DNA from: Sphagnum compactum
Taxonomy: Eukaryota
Direction: 5' to 3'
Assembly: GCA_965153455.1 (NCBI GenBank)
Contig: OZ234493.1
Coordinates: 14,374,213 to 14,438,212 of the forward strand
Length of the DNA: 64,000 nucleotides
Shown here: piece by piece, positions 38,231 to 53,091 of the stretch
How positions within the stretch are numbered: position 1 is the stretch's first letter
How the letters are laid out: every line of letters starts with the position of its first letter
Translations under genes and position numbers: made by a program
The notes under the pieces: generated by a model
The model's database searches: none
What the model was told of the DNA's origin: nothing
What the model saw: only the letters and a program-made list of their open reading frames with translations

Positions 38231-40065
38231 TGAATCACATGGTGAGCCATGTGAAGTGAAAAGTTCTATGAATTTTATTGTTTTGTTTTTTAATATATAA
38301 ATGAGTGTTTGGAACCTTCAGAAACGCCTTCATTTGACAAAAACAATTTGTTGTAAAAAGTTGAAAGTTTTATAGAATAGATTTGTGAAAAAAAATTGAA
38401 ATTTTGACCCAAAAAATTGTTTTTTTTTTTTTTTTTGGCATAGTTTGTGAATGTGTAAAATCCATGATAGGAAATATGTTTATGGCATAATATTACATTG
38501 AAAATAGATATGTGAGTAGATATTGGTGAAACCAAAATACATAATTTTGGTCTTTTTACCCATTTGTCTTCCACAAACACATTGTTATTTTGCAAAGTTT
38601 CAAATCAATGGAATAAAAGTTAATGAATCGAAAATGATTTTCATGGATCATTGTATTAAAAGATTGATCTTCTTAAGCTAACAATGCAAAGGCCCATTAA
38701 TTTTAATAATACAATAATGGGGTTTAATATTTTTCAAGAATTTGTTCTTGTAAGTTACAACCTACACAAACATTTTTAAAAAAATTTACTAAATATTTTT
38801 GTGATTTTACTTAGTGATTTATTTTCCTTTGAAAAATCTATAATTTCAATTTTGATATTAAAAAAAAACTTATTAGGTTTTCCATGTGTAGGTTTGAATT
38901 CAACTCTTCAAATGCCTAAACTTTTTTATTTTTATTTTGACACATTTTTTCACATTCAAGAATCTTCGGTTTCAATTCCATGTACATTTAAAGTTCTTAA
39001 AACTAGAAAATTTATAAATACATAATTCTAAAATGACCACTTACCAATAAAATTCAACTTACTTGTCAATTTTTTTTAAAAAATCAATTCACTTAGATAA
39101 GAACAATTCTAGTGCCATGCAATATCATAACATTAATAGTAATCCCTATTGTAATGGTCATACGTTGTTTGATTGCAAGCCCAATGGTCCACACAATTCA
39201 ATATAAAATATGGAGTCCATTCAACAAAAGTTTATGGCCCCTATAATTGCACAAAAGGATACGAAACTTAGCAAAGCTCCCCACAAAACCTAATCAATGG
39301 CTATTATGATAGTCAATGTGAGGACTTGCTAGTTTGCAAGGCCCAAAGTAGTTATGAAAGGAAAAGATGATGGTGGGACCCACTAGTGAATCAACACACG
39401 AGATTAATGATGGTCAACCTAACTTCATTAGCAAGTATGTTGTGTTGTTTATTGGGTTACACATTATTTAATATTTGGCTAGTAGTGGTATTTTTTTTAT
39501 TGGCTAGTGTGTGTGGCTTTTGATATTTGCATATTGAATTTAAATGCAATCCATGGTTTGAACTATTTAAAAAATATAAAACATGTGTTAATAAATAAAT
39601 TATCACAATTTTGATTCCACCAAAAAACAAATTCCATGGTCAAAGTTCTTGTGTTGGTATTCATTAAAAGTATGTTGGTTTAAGTTTGGGTTACAAGAAC
39701 TTGAACTTGAGCCCCTAGGTGTAATATTATAAATTAGGAAACCCACCAACACTAGTCCATTCCACTCATGATATGGGCACAAAGAGGCATTGTATCGTGC
39801 TTTCAATTAATCATCTTATTATTTCTTGTTATGTGTGGTTTTTGTCAACTTACATGAATCATTTCATGGCCAAATGAAAAGATAACATTCACTAATATGT
39901 TTTGTTGAAACTTTGTTCCATAAACTATGTAAATGCATAACTACATACAAATATATGTATACATCTGTGCAAAGAGGGCCAATTATTATCTTTGCATGAT
40001 TCTTTTATAACGTGAAGTGAATATTATCAAATAAGTAAAACTATGAACCTAAATTTTGGTAAATG

Positions 40066-40630
40066 TTTTTTCACATTAAATGTCTTGTTGAAAGAATTTG
40101 AATGTGTCAATTCACCCCTAAACGCACACCTTACGGAGGTTTTTTAACAATGTAATTATCTAAATTGTAAAATTTGTTTACATTTAATCAATAGAAAATT
40201 TGAAAAACTAAGCTAAGCAAGCCAATGATTGAATACATAAGCACTAGAAGGTCTCTTGCAAATTCAATCTTTCTCCTTTGTGCTTAAAGTCCAAAGATGA
40301 AATGTAATGCTTATTTGGGTGCACTTGTAGTTTTTAAATTGTTTTTTGTTAAAAGATGAAAAAGATGTGCCCCCCAAAAGCAAGGTGGTCCTTCCCTACA
40401 TATATATGAAACAAATGAACAATTTAAAATTGACATATGGATTTTTCACATTAAATGTCTTGTTGAAAGAATTTGAATGTGCCAATTCACCCTTAAACAC
40501 ACACCTTTTGGAGCTTTTTTAACGTGCAATTATCTAAATTGTAAAATTTGTTTACACTTAATCAATAGACATTAAAAAAAAACTAACGTAAGCAAGCCAA
40601 TGATTGAATACATAAACACTAAAAGGTCTC
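40066..40630. repeat. Local direct duplication of about 190 bp (40066-40256 vs 40442-40630)
   Basis: Both copies run tttttcacattaaatgtcttgttgaaagaatttgaatgtg...aagcaagccaatgattgaatacataa..cacta.aaggtctct. Confidence 0.85.
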
Positions 40631-43600
40631 TATGTGTCCCTCCCCCCGCTCTCGCCCCCCTTTTGCAATTCCCCTTATCTCATTCATGATCATGTTAGTG
40701 TTCATGTTTACATTCATGTTCACGGTTGCGATCTTGTGTTAAACATATATTTAACAATTTGTTGAAACAAGCGGGTTCATATCTCTAACCTTCTTAATGA
40801 ATAACCAAAAAGTTGTCACGATGGGTCCTACCCCATGTTTGACATAATTAAAATCACCAAAGAAATAGTAGCAATAAACAATGGAAGTGAAACTCTGTAA
40901 TATCATCACTATAACAAGTTGTTATGAATTTCAACATTTAATTATTTCTCTCATTCATTCCACTTGCTTACTTGACATGCATCACAAAACATTCAAACTA
41001 ACTCCTACTGACATTAAACACCCACAATCACCTTACCCATGATTTATTTCAACCATAAGAAAAAAACACAAAGTTTTAGCTACACAAACTTGAAACTTCA
41101 TGAAGAAAAAAAGAAAATTGTACTTAGCAAAAAAAATTCATACCCCCCTTTCCATAGGCCTTCTTTCTTTTCTCTCATTTGTATATATTTTCCCATAGCT
41201 CCTACATTTTCTCTTCATGCCTCCTCAAGCCATCTCCAACTTTATAGGTCACACCTTCACAAAATAGTTGAATGAAAGACAAAAATGTTACCTTACTCAA
41301 AAAGTTCACAGAACTACCTATCTATGCCTCTAGTTTGTGCCCCCAAAACATTCCATTTACTCCATTTCAATCAACATTTGTAAAGTTACGATGAATACTT
41401 CCATAAAACAAATATGTAAGCTTTTGTAACAAAGAATAATTGAAAATATGGGAACATTTGCCCAAAAAAAAAAAAAAAAAAAAAAACACTACCATGTATT
41501 CATTTGCATGAAACTCAATCAAAATTCTACTACAAAGATATGTACTACAAATATATCTATAAGTTTTTCAATATAATTTGACCATAAAATCAATCACAAA
41601 GAGTTTGAAAACAAGAAAAAAATGCAAAAAAAAAATGTTGGTAACTATCAAACAAAATACAAAAGTTTTTAAACACATGAAAATCCTCAAATGATGATCT
41701 TTTTAAAAATGTATAAGAAAAGTGAAACAAAAGATAACGACATTTTAAAAGACAAGTTTAAAATACTAGTTTCAAAGTAAATGTTGTTGTTTTTCGTTAA
41801 AATTACAAAAATGTGTATTATTGTTTTAGTAGGTGTAGTGTTGGTCTCAACGGTGAGTCAATACCCTTTGCAAAACCTCTAATGATCCTTTAAAAATCAT
41901 TCATCATCCAAAACATTATAAAGTGATTCCCATATGGAAGTGGTAAAGTCATCCTCACTAATTGGTGCCAACTACATACCAATATTTTGGTGACAAAACT
42001 TCGAAAACTCATAACTTCCCTCAATAAAGTCCAAATTGAACTTTTAGGACTCTATCTTATAGCCTTTATGCCTTTTTGTTTGAAAAGTAAGAGTTGTTGC
42101 TGAGTGGGTAAGATTACTAGTAGAAAATAATTCAACAGATTTGAGACGAACTCTTGAGGCATTCTTATAATGATCAGGAAGTTGAAGATTGAGTTCAAAG
42201 GATTTATTATGAGCTTTATGACACCATATCAATTGTTTTAATTGAAAGTGATTTAATTTTTTAAGTCATAAATTTTTTGAAGTTTAATAATAAATTTGGT
42301 TGAGTTTGGTAAACAGTTTGAGAAACAATTTGTAAATAGTTTTGTAGGAAAATTTGATGATTCATAATTTCTTTCAACAAACTCCAAACTAAATGTTTTA
42401 AATGTCCATTTTGTAAGCCTTGGTAATTATTTTCAATATTAAAAAAAAAATAGTAGTTTGTAACTCCTCTTAATAAGTATTTTTTGTAACTTTTTAATTT
42501 TTGTTGCCTAGTTTCCACATGCATTTTATATAATTAATTCATAATAAAATGACTCTTCAAAATTGTCCTTTTAACAATGTTGCCTCCCTAGTCTATCTCA
42601 CTATTGAAACCTCCCTTCACCCACTCAAAGCTTTGTGAAGCTTCTAGATGAAGCTACCATTGGATTTACACTTCTTAGCTCCTTATTTCTTATCTTTGTC
42701 GGAGCTTTCTTTTAATTATTGATAATTGCACAAACAATCAATAATTGAATTGAATTCAACTTTGTTGATAACTATCCTATCAAACCCCAAACTACTAACA
42801 ATCTTTGTTAGCCTAATGGTAAAGGTTACCTCTTCCTAACACGAGTATCAAAATAAAAAGAAGTTGAATTCATTACAATGAATATGCATAATTATATTAT
42901 ATTTGATGTTGAAATACCTATGCCTCCCAACATATATCCACACATTCAATATTTTACTTGTAGTGTTCTTACTTGCAGCGCATAGCTACTAGTGGTGTAC
43001 AAGTGCTCCTCACCTTCACCACTTGTTTATGGTTGTCCCTTTTATTATAAATGCAGATGGTCCCCTTTTGCTTGTCTTATTCATGCTCCTTCCTATTGTT
43101 GATTGTAAATAAACTCCTACCTTTCTAACCAACTTCCTATTCTTTGCTTTTGTTGTAGGTGTTCACAATGGACCTTTTTTATTATAAGTAATGGTGGTGC
43201 TCTTCCCTTTGGCACCCTACTATTCATGATATTCATTTTATTCAAATTTGTGATCATTTTTGTGTTCCTACTTGTGGTGTTGAACTTATAATGTGATGTC
43301 AAAGTTTACACCTTTGTACCTTAATGGGTAAGCTCATAAACTTGCTTGAAAGTTATGGTAAAAACAATCATATATTTCCTTGATAGTGGTTGCATACCAA
43401 GGTCATATGAATTATTTCCTTCCACATTTGTTAATGAATCTTTTAGTTGTTCATTTAGCCATAGTCAAGGAATCAACAACTTGTCTAACAATTTTTTGTC
43501 CCTTTCCTTTTGTTTAAATTGTTTATAGTACTATTCCTTTTCTCATGCCCTTTTGTTGTTGGATATTTAAGTAATCATCAAATGTTACATGTGACTCAAA

Positions 43601-46600
43601 ATAATCCACAAAAAAATATTTGCCCCTAGTTTTTTTTTAGCAAGCAAATGGGGTAATGAAAACAAGTTAGAGAGACCCAAAGATTCCTAGGTTATATTTG
43701 TAGAGGTTTGGAATTCTTGAGTTATCATTTATGAAATAGGTTCATTTAAGATAACTACATGTTCAATAAATTCTTCAAGTTCATCATGTATCATTACAAG
43801 ATTCCTTGGCCCATGTCTACATATATTCATGTTCAAATTTTGATCTATCATTAAGGTCATTTACAATAGTTGCAATAATCAATTAATCCTATTATATTCA
43901 ATAGTTCCATAATAATAGATCCTTCCCCCCATTATTGACTATGTTCAACTCCCTCATTTGATATGCAACTATCTTCATCTTCCTTGTTATATGCAACTAT
44001 GAAATTTCTAAGGGCTTAGTCTTGTCATCATGGCCTTAAAGTCTAGTGGCCATATTCCTATAACCTTAAACCCTAATTTGATGTTATGTTTGTTCAATGG
44101 ATGATTCAAAATTTTGTCTATTCATCAAGCTAATGTAATATTGCTTTGTTAATTCTATAATTTTTTTTAATCACAACTTCATGTAATTTTTTTTCTAAAT
44201 GTTGTTTTGAAAAGCTTGAAGCAGATACATAAAGTGGTTGTGATGTGTGTGAAAACAATGTGAATATATCTAATCTAAATTATTATGCTTACTTTATTGC
44301 TTCTAAAGTAATATCTGAACCATGGTAATGAAAAATCAATCTAGATGACAATTGGTTAGAGAAATTCCACTTGGATAAGACGTCTTGAAGAAAATTAAAA
44401 AATTCCTTGAGTTAAAAAAAAGTAATTTAAACTTTCTTTTGCATGGGCTTTCATGTTTAATGGGTTGTATAATTTGATGTCTTTAGTCATCACATATTCT
44501 TTCACTCTTGAAAATGTAAAATCTTGGTAAAAATCTACCCACTACATTTATTGCACAATTCATAGTTAACCATTCGCAAAACTTTAGGATGGCACTATAA
44601 ATTTGATTTGAACATCCTGATCACTTGGCCAAAACATAAACAAAAAATTGTTGCTTACTTGAATTCATGTTTAATTTAAATTCCTAATGTGATTTGCATT
44701 GTATTTGTGTTAAATATACAATGTTTGCCAATTATGGTATAATGAGTGACACAAGTTGTTAGGTAAAGCTTGTACTCCATAGATTGAGTCTTTTTTGCTT
44801 GTGAAATACCCAAAGTAAGGTGTCAATGCTTGAACCAATGCCACCAAATGTTCTTGGCACACCATTTCAAAATGGTGTATAGGTCTAGTTTGTGTAAATT
44901 TTACCACCTTCATCTAGAGTTGTTGTAAGGTAATTGATAGTCCACATTTTTGCATAATTAATGTCCAAAAAATCATTGTTGCCTCTTCAAATGCTTTGTT
45001 AGCATACTTGTTCACTTGATTTTCTTAAACACTATCTTGCATTCAAATGATTTGAAAGGGAGGTTAGTAGTATGTTTCATAACCTATATGATTTCCTCAA
45101 AGAACTTGTTCTTTTTCCCATTGCATCCTAACTTGTTTGTCCATTTGCCTCTACCACTTATTGCAAGGACACTATTAAATAATGTTGAACAATTTTTATT
45201 TTTATGAGAAACCTTTAATTTTGGCTTTTAAATTAAAAAAAATTGGTTGCAATTCTATACATAAATGAAATAGGGAATAATGTTTTGAGTTTGGTTAATT
45301 TTCCAATAATTTATTTGGTTTTGGTATTGAAAATTACCTGTGATTGGCTTGTAACCCAAACTAAAATTGGTAGGTTAACTTCCAATTAACCTACAATTGG
45401 CCCCTAGTTATAATTTTATTTTCTCAAAAATCTCAATTTTGGTTTTGGTTCCAAAATTAACTCCAAAAATCAAACCTAATTCCAATTCAACTTTTAATAA
45501 TTGGAACGTTCAGTTTCAACTCACCAAATTGATTATGCACCCAACATTATTATTGCCCTTGATGTTTTGTGTCATGCTTGTGATACAAGGTGAAGCTAAA
45601 CATTCTCCTTATTTGTTGTTGGTTGTTCCAACATGTCATTTCATCACCTACAAGGTGCATTCAACATCATGGTAACCCTAATCCTACTAACAACAACCTT
45701 TGGCAAATAGGGGGTGTGTTTTAGTTCTACAAGATGTATGTTTTTGATCTCCTTCCTATACACAAACCAAGAAATTTTATAATACAAGTTAGTTTAGTTT
45801 ATGATAAAAGTGCATGTGTTTAATGAGGTATGGAAGTTTGAAAAACCCTCCCACACTGAATTGAGTTGAGGTATGTTGTTGATGTCTAGGTTGTGGGTGA
45901 GAATCTTAATATGTAGTGCAGTAAAGTTCAATGCATGTTGAAATATGAGAAAACCAATTCTCTTTAAATTCTTTTTGGTTGTGCAAGTTACAACTTGTTG
46001 GACCCGACAATAGCATAAAAACTTCTTGAATTTCTCCTTCTGAACCTTAGACATACATTTAGTTCCTATATCATGAGATTCATTTGGCACATTTAGATAT
46101 AATTTCTATTATTTTACATTTATTTTTATATTTGATTTTTAAGTTTCTATTTTATGTCTCAACATTATGGCACTGAAAACTAGGATTTATAAGAAAGATT
46201 GAAGCTCATTTGTCACACTGTGTGGGCACTAAGTAGGGCAGGCATACTTTAAAAAACCAAGAAGAGTATAAATGAGCGAGTTAGTGCTCAAACAAATTTA
46301 TATTTGCCCTAATAACTTGTGAATGTGATGCTTTTGGTGGAATGCAATGTGCTAAAAATTGGGGGAATTTAAAAGGTGTGCTCATAAATGTGCTTATTTG
46401 CAAGACGCAAATATCACATTGGGTTAAGATAATTTGTTGCTATGTTTAATTGCCTTAGGTCATGTTTGTGGATTGTAACTTATATGCAGTTTTTGCACAT
46501 TTATGGTTAGTTGCAATTGTTTAATGTGACAAACCAAACCCCATCATCCCATAGTTTGTTACAAATCTAAAAAAGTTGCCTCACATCACACCCATAACCA

Positions 46601-47977
46601 AACATTGAAAGTGCTAGCTCACCATGTTTGAACACATTTATGATCAATTATATGGACTAGAATGTGACAATTCACCTCCCATCACCAAACATTACCATAT
46701 CATAAGGATGGGTAGTGACAATTCACCTCCCATCACCAAGCATTACCATATCATAAGGATGGGCAATTGTTTTATACTTGCCCTAATTCACACCCATAAA
46801 TGAACACAAAAGACACCACCTTGGTTGGATGTTTGAAAAAATTGAAGCACAATATGTCAAAACCAGGCATTCAATCATAGGAGTTATATTGAATGGTGGC
46901 AAGGGCAATGTGTGTCTATTAACAGGCTAGAACTTGCACTATTGAAGTGTTCGATTATAGCATTTGTAAAAACTAGTGCACATTATAGTGCAAGACCTTG
47001 GTGGATTTGGCACACAAATGTCGAATAATTAATTTAACTTTATTTTTCAGGCTCGACGCTTGAATTTTTTAATTTTGAAAATTTTGATAGTAAAGATTAA
47101 AATTCATTATTGTAAGGTACCTTTGTTTAAAACAATTTAATTCTTTTTTAAAGTAATCAGTTGGACCTCTATTTAGTGGCCTCCCTCCAAGACTACCAGA
47201 GATTTTTATTTAAAAAAATTTAAAAATTTAAACAATTTTTTTTGAAAATTTGACAGATAAAAAAAATAATAATAATTTATGCCGAAGCCACCAAGGTAAT
47301 ATGGTACATAATGTTTTGTTGACAGACACTTGATGAGGAGGAGTTATTGGCAAATCACCTGAGGCAGACTTCCTTCCTATCTCATTGCTCAGGTTCCAAG
47401 TGCAATATCTTGCATGATCAAACACAGCTCTGCATTGCAAACACCTTACCTAATACCACTGCAGTCCTGACATTTTAATAATTCCCACCATGGCTGAAAC
47501 AAAACAAGTCTGGGAGCTTATTATTTACTCCTGTGAATTTCAGGGGTTTGGACTTTGAACTCATTGCCTTCTACTTACTAACTTCAATGGCAAGATTTTT
47601 TTTGACTTTGAAAGTTGAACTAACAACATATTTGTGAGGGACTTATTGTTCCTTCCATTAATTAGATGAGTGGGTGCACCCAACAGTTTTTTTAAATTTA
47701 ATAAGGATTCGCATTCATTGGCCTATCACTAATTTTTTTCTGGAACATTGGACACTCCCCCAACATAAAATGTGAACCATCTGATCACAAGCAGAATGGT
47801 AATGCTTTGAAGGTAATTGTGATTTTATTATTAGCTTTATTACTTTTGTATCAAATTTTTCTGAATTAAAAATCCAAGCATTAAAGTTAGTTATCCGTGA
47901 AGTCACCCTCTCTTTCACCCCCTATCCCCTGTTTCAGTGGTATCGGGAAAAGTAAGGAAATTTTATTAAATCTCAGT

Positions 47978-48120
47978 ATGAAATGCTGAAACTCAGCATT
48001 TAATGCACAAGGTTCAAGACTAATTATAGTAGTTGTACAGGTAGGAGGAGTGAAAATATATGTAGCAGCAGTGGAGGCGCTCGCGAGAAAGCAAAGAGGG
48101 GATGAAACTCAGTTCACCAC
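47978..48120 (+). repeat. Dispersed repeat, second copy at about 58815-59018
   Basis: Shared atgaaatgctgaaa.tcagcatttaatgcacaaggttcaag, gtgaaa.tatatg.agca...gtggaggcgct and ctcagttcaccac. Confidence 0.75.
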
Positions 48121-50829
48121 CCAAAATTGGTGGAAAAACTAGTTTGGGTCCTAGTTATTTTGTTTTGTAAAATTTCATTCTCAGTTAAGCATTTGATGCC
48201 CTACTATGCCAAAACTGGCCGTTCTCGCCCCCCTAATCGCCTGACTTTATGGAAAACATTACCGAATTAAAGTTTTTTTTTATTACATTGATTATTCAGC
48301 ACACAAGTGCTGAAGGTGTACAGGTATTAGAGTATATATCCATGGAAGTTGCACTGTAGCCAAACGACATGGGACGGATATGGAAGTGCCAAGAGAAAAC
48401 AGGGAAGACACCAAAACAACAAAGAAGTACTATACCTCAATGCACTTTAACCTCATTGAAATGTCAAGTTTTTTTCCTAGTGCATTTCAGCCATCTCATT
48501 GGCTCCTTGAATTTTGTATTCCTAACACTAATATTTATTCTCAAGGTTTTTAGCACCCCAGTTTGTCTTTTGTTATTTGGGTCAAAAATTTGTGGGCATG
48601 TAAGTCGTTGTAAAAAAAGATAGGGTTAAGGTTAGGGTCAACACTTTTTGTGCAAGTGTCCACCGCCATAACAATACGATAGATCGATCGCCCAACAACA
48701 GAAATAAATTTTGTTTTAGTCAATCTCAAGTTGTCTATTAAAACTTCAAACATTCAAATTAAAGTTGCATTAGGTAGATCCATCAATCATCGAGCACTTA
48801 GCCAACTGAACCCAACTCAATGATCATGCATTTGATGGCCTTGATGTTCCAAGGCTTTTTGGTAGAGCACTAGACTAATCACCAATTATTAATAACTTTT
48901 TATGGACTCCAATTCAAGGAAAAAAATGCAAAGGTTGAAGCCTCCCGAACTGAATGCAGTGTTTTGAAAAAACAAAAGACTTATCATAGAACACATTTCA
49001 GCCTTGTAATAGTGCAATAAATTCCTCATAATCAATTATCACTCTACACCTTATACATGTTACACCCTAAACCCTAAACCATAAAAACCATAGTTGAAAT
49101 ACAAAAGGACTAGTTTTACAATTACCAAACACATTTGTATTAAGACCAAACATTCCCAAAGAAGATTGTATCTCCCCCCCAATTAAAGTGACGATAGATA
49201 CGATCCTATTATCAATCAGTTACTTGTCATGCAATGTCCAAATACCATCCAAAACACTTCATTGAGGGACTGGAGTGGGGAGTAGTTTGGAGGTTTCTTC
49301 TGGGCCCTGGCATATGTACTACTACGGAATGAATGCATGAAGCCTGGCAGGATGAGATAGATACCATTTCGTTAAGTAGGAATGGAGTTCTACCAGGGCC
49401 AGTTCCAGACCGTAACTGGTATTCCCCAGCCACTCTTGATTGGTGTCATGAGTAGTAGAACCCGCAGAACCAAAAGTGGAACACAACAGATGATGATCAT
49501 CGTGTACAACTTAAGGAAAGTACCTGAATAAGACACCAAAACCAGTTGTAATAATATTATTACAACTGGTTTATTTCCTTCCCATTCTTGGTGGGCAGAA
49601 AGCTGCAGTGTCAGACTCAATAGAGGGATGGTGTGCAGTCGGCAACTTCGGAGTTTCTAGGGCGTCGATTCGCACGAACGATGAGACGAATGAACAGAGA
49701 GACGACGGGACGGATTCAGGGGAAGCTTCATTTTTCATCCCGACGTCCTTTACTATATGTAATAACTTGTTACCATAGTAGTAGTACCTTGGCCACTTTG
49801 ATACATGAGTGTCAATTAAATAATTTATTTTTGAGGTTTCCATTTCCACAAATGATTTTCAAATTTTTATTTAGTTTTTGTTTGAAAGTTTCAACATTTC
49901 TAAAGATGTTATAATTAGTGTTAAACTGGCCCAGGTACTATGGTATTATAGACATGTGAACCATACGCATAGAGCATCCAGAGCTTGGCTGGAAAACCTT
50001 CTTCTCACTTGGGCTGGAGTGATGAGCTCTTTAGTTTGGATCATCAAGAGCTTGACTGGCAAAGTAATCTTCTTTCTGGTTGCATTAAAGCTATATCCAT
50101 AAAGTCACCCTGTCTTTGGTCCCTAGTTGAACCCTCTAATCCCTGTTTCATGTCAATTTGAGTGTAGCCATAAACTGGAGTGAAATTGGGCACCGTTTCA
50201 TAAAACTGAGTATCAGTTTAGAAGGTTTTACAGTGTCTTATTCTGTCAAAGGTTTGATGATAGGAAAGCTTAACTTATGAACAGCAGCTAAGCCCACAGA
50301 TAAGGTAATTCCAAAACTGAAGGTGAAATTCCTGAGAGGATGAATTTCAGTGCAAAAATAGTTTGGTCCCCATTTTTTTTTTCTCTTTTTTTCCTTCAAT
50401 TTTTAAAAAAAAAATTTTACTGCTTTTTTTATCATTACTTTTCATTTAGTCCCTAGTTTTGATGAAACTGGGGCCAAGTAGCTCCAGTTTGGGGTACTTT
50501 CTGGGATAACTCAATTGTACTCCCAAAAAACCTTATCACAAAGTACATATGCTTTGCACAACATGAAAGAAAGTCTGCCCAAAAAAATAGAAAAGAAAAC
50601 AGCTTGGGAAAGTCATGCATGTTTTCCCTGACAACCAGATCAAACCCTAACTGCATTCTGGTGAACCCCATTTAATGGATCTTCGTGAGAACTTAGAAGC
50701 CATCATCCATTCTGCAGTTGCAATGAATAGGAGAAGACTTTTGTGCCAAGCCTCTGAAGAAGCTGCCAGGGCTGGCTCTCTGCAAGACTCCATCCAGAGA
50801 CTCTGCTGCCAGAGGAGAGATGAGGGAGG

Positions 50830-51880
50830 GCCAAAGTGCACCAGCACCCCACCAGTACACCATGATGGATGATGGATTGGGTAAGTGGTCAGGAAACAGT
50901 TTTTCTGTTGGATTCCAGTTCCCTTGTTGACCACTGTGGTTAGCTTAGTTGCTTTTCTTTTGTTTTCTTACCTACCTACTAGCAACTCACCTGCAAGTGG
51001 GTTGTTAGTAGGTAGGTAGTAAAAACAGCCCTTGGGTTGTTAGTTGGTAGGTAGTAAAAACAGCCATTGGGTTGTTGGTAGGTAGGTAGGTAGTAAAAAC
51101 AGCCCCTTGCTTATGTACAAGTTCCATCTACTTACCTATTTTCCTCCTGCCTATATTACTTATGTAGGTAAGTAGATGGGTTACCCAGGTGGGACCAGAT
51201 ATTAACTCAGTTGAGCTTCATCCACAACTGAGTCTCATAAGAGGCATCCAGAGGATGGTGCCACTAGTCGGTGCTGCTGGTTCACACTGGCAGCCCAGCT
51301 GTTTTTTTATTGGCAAAAAATATTGCCAAAAAGTGACTTTAAATTTTCAAAAATGAAGTGATTTTGGAGGCTTTCATTTGCCAATGTGAGAGAAAAAAAA
51401 ATAGTAAAAATCGCCAAATTTCTATATTTGGTTTTGAGTGTGTAGCCAAAGATATAGAAGGATGATTAAAGTTTTGTACTTCATATCTGGTTTTATAGCC
51501 AGATTTGGCTAAAATATTCCTGAGGATGATCGCCACATTTTCTACATCTTCCTATGGATGATTGCCACTTTGGCTACAAACAAAAATTCCTAAAAAATAA
51601 AAGTGCACTGGCCTGAGATGAGGAGTGCAGGTTGGTAGTAGGTTGTTAGTAGGTAGGTAGCAAAAACAGCCCTTACCTGGGTACAAATTACAAACCATCA
51701 ACTTACCTAGTAGTCACCTATTTTCCTACCTACCTACCTAGATATAGGACCTACTTCTTACAGAATGGGTTACCCAGGTGCAACCAGACATTAATTCAGT
51801 TGAGGTTTTCATCCACAACTGAGTCATAACTGGCATCCAGTGGATGGTGTGTGTTGGTGGGTGCTGGTTCACTCTGGCTC
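50830..51880. mobile_element. Nested non-autonomous repeats (foldback/MITE-like)
   Basis: Direct copies at about 51000-51292 and 51630-51878 are separated by a different ~300-bp repeat (51300-51600) that has an inverted homolog at about 56787-57030. 50830-50872 is inverted relative to the copy ends. Confidence 0.6.
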
Positions 51881-52031
51881 TCCGGAGCATTGAGGAGTGT
51901 ATGTTAAAAGAAAGCTTTGATTACTGTGCCTGAATGAATTCTAGACACGGGGAGCATGATGGCAGGAGCAGACTTTTCATGCCAGATCTCTGAAGCTGCT
52001 GGTTGAGAGGAGTCCAAAGTGAGAGAGAGAG

Positions 52032-52067
<36 letters not shown>

Positions 52068-53091
52068 GTGTATAGGTGTTTGGCTTTCTTATGGTCATGA
52101 TGGGGTGGTTGGTCACAGGGTTTCTGACATCACAGTTTTTCCTGTCACTGCAACTACTTCCGCAGCTTTGAGGCTTTTAAAGTCTGTGCAGGACTCCGGA
52201 CATAGGCATCATTATACCAGGACCAATGGAACAAACATCACTCCCAGATCTCTGAAGCTTGCTCACGAGGGCTGTGTGCACATGTGTGTTTTCATGTCAC
52301 AAGGGGTTGGTGGGTTTTCCAAATGTTCTCATCACCCAAAAGCCCTTCTGGCTGGGAAAACTTCCCAAGCCGTCTTCACCAGGCAGACATGTGTTCAGGA
52401 CACAAAAACCTTCCTGCAATTTGTAGTTAACTCCACATTTCTTACCTCAAAACTCCCAAGAACTGACTTAATTAGGCACATACTATGCTGGGAAAATGTC
52501 CACAGGATGTAAACAAAGCAACTCTTGAGAATCATCACACATCTGAACAAGTTACTAAACTCATCAGACTCTCAAGAAGACTGCTCACTCTGACTTCACA
52601 GTCTGGCCTGAGATGAATCAGTTTCGGAGATTTCTGAATCAAAAAAAGTTGCAGTAGGGATCTACATGAATGGTGTAACCCAAATGCTTCAATAATTCAG
52701 TTAATCTCCCTCACACCACAAGCAAGCAGAATGTATTGTCCTTTCATATAGAAGAAGTCACTACATGTGCAGTTCAGATGATCTAGAGTACAACAGGAAG
52801 AGCAATTTCATGCTGCTTGCTACCATCCAAACAGAAACTATGGGGCTGGCAAGTAATTGCCGTACTGGAAAACTGTAATATGAACAACCCAATTTACTTA
52901 GAGGTCCTGTAGTGATCTCAAGTGAGTGTTTTACATGCAAATACTAACCTAGCCAGAGAGCACCTTAACTCTGACTAATGTCAAAAGTCAAAACCATATG
53001 GTATGACCAAGAAATTCAAGGCAAAGACACCCATCAATTCGAGCAAATACTACCGCAACTGGCCAGCAGACCAAGTCTACTATTGTGTTCA

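Noticed and set aside
41700-45200. AT-rich region with short minus-strand ORF fragments that may be an old transposon relic
   Set aside because: No diagnostic motif could be recognised by eye.
49227-49620. Short hydrophobic ORF (MIIICCVPLLVLRVLL...WNWPW) resembling a small peptide gene
   Set aside because: No family similarity and no convincing gene structure.
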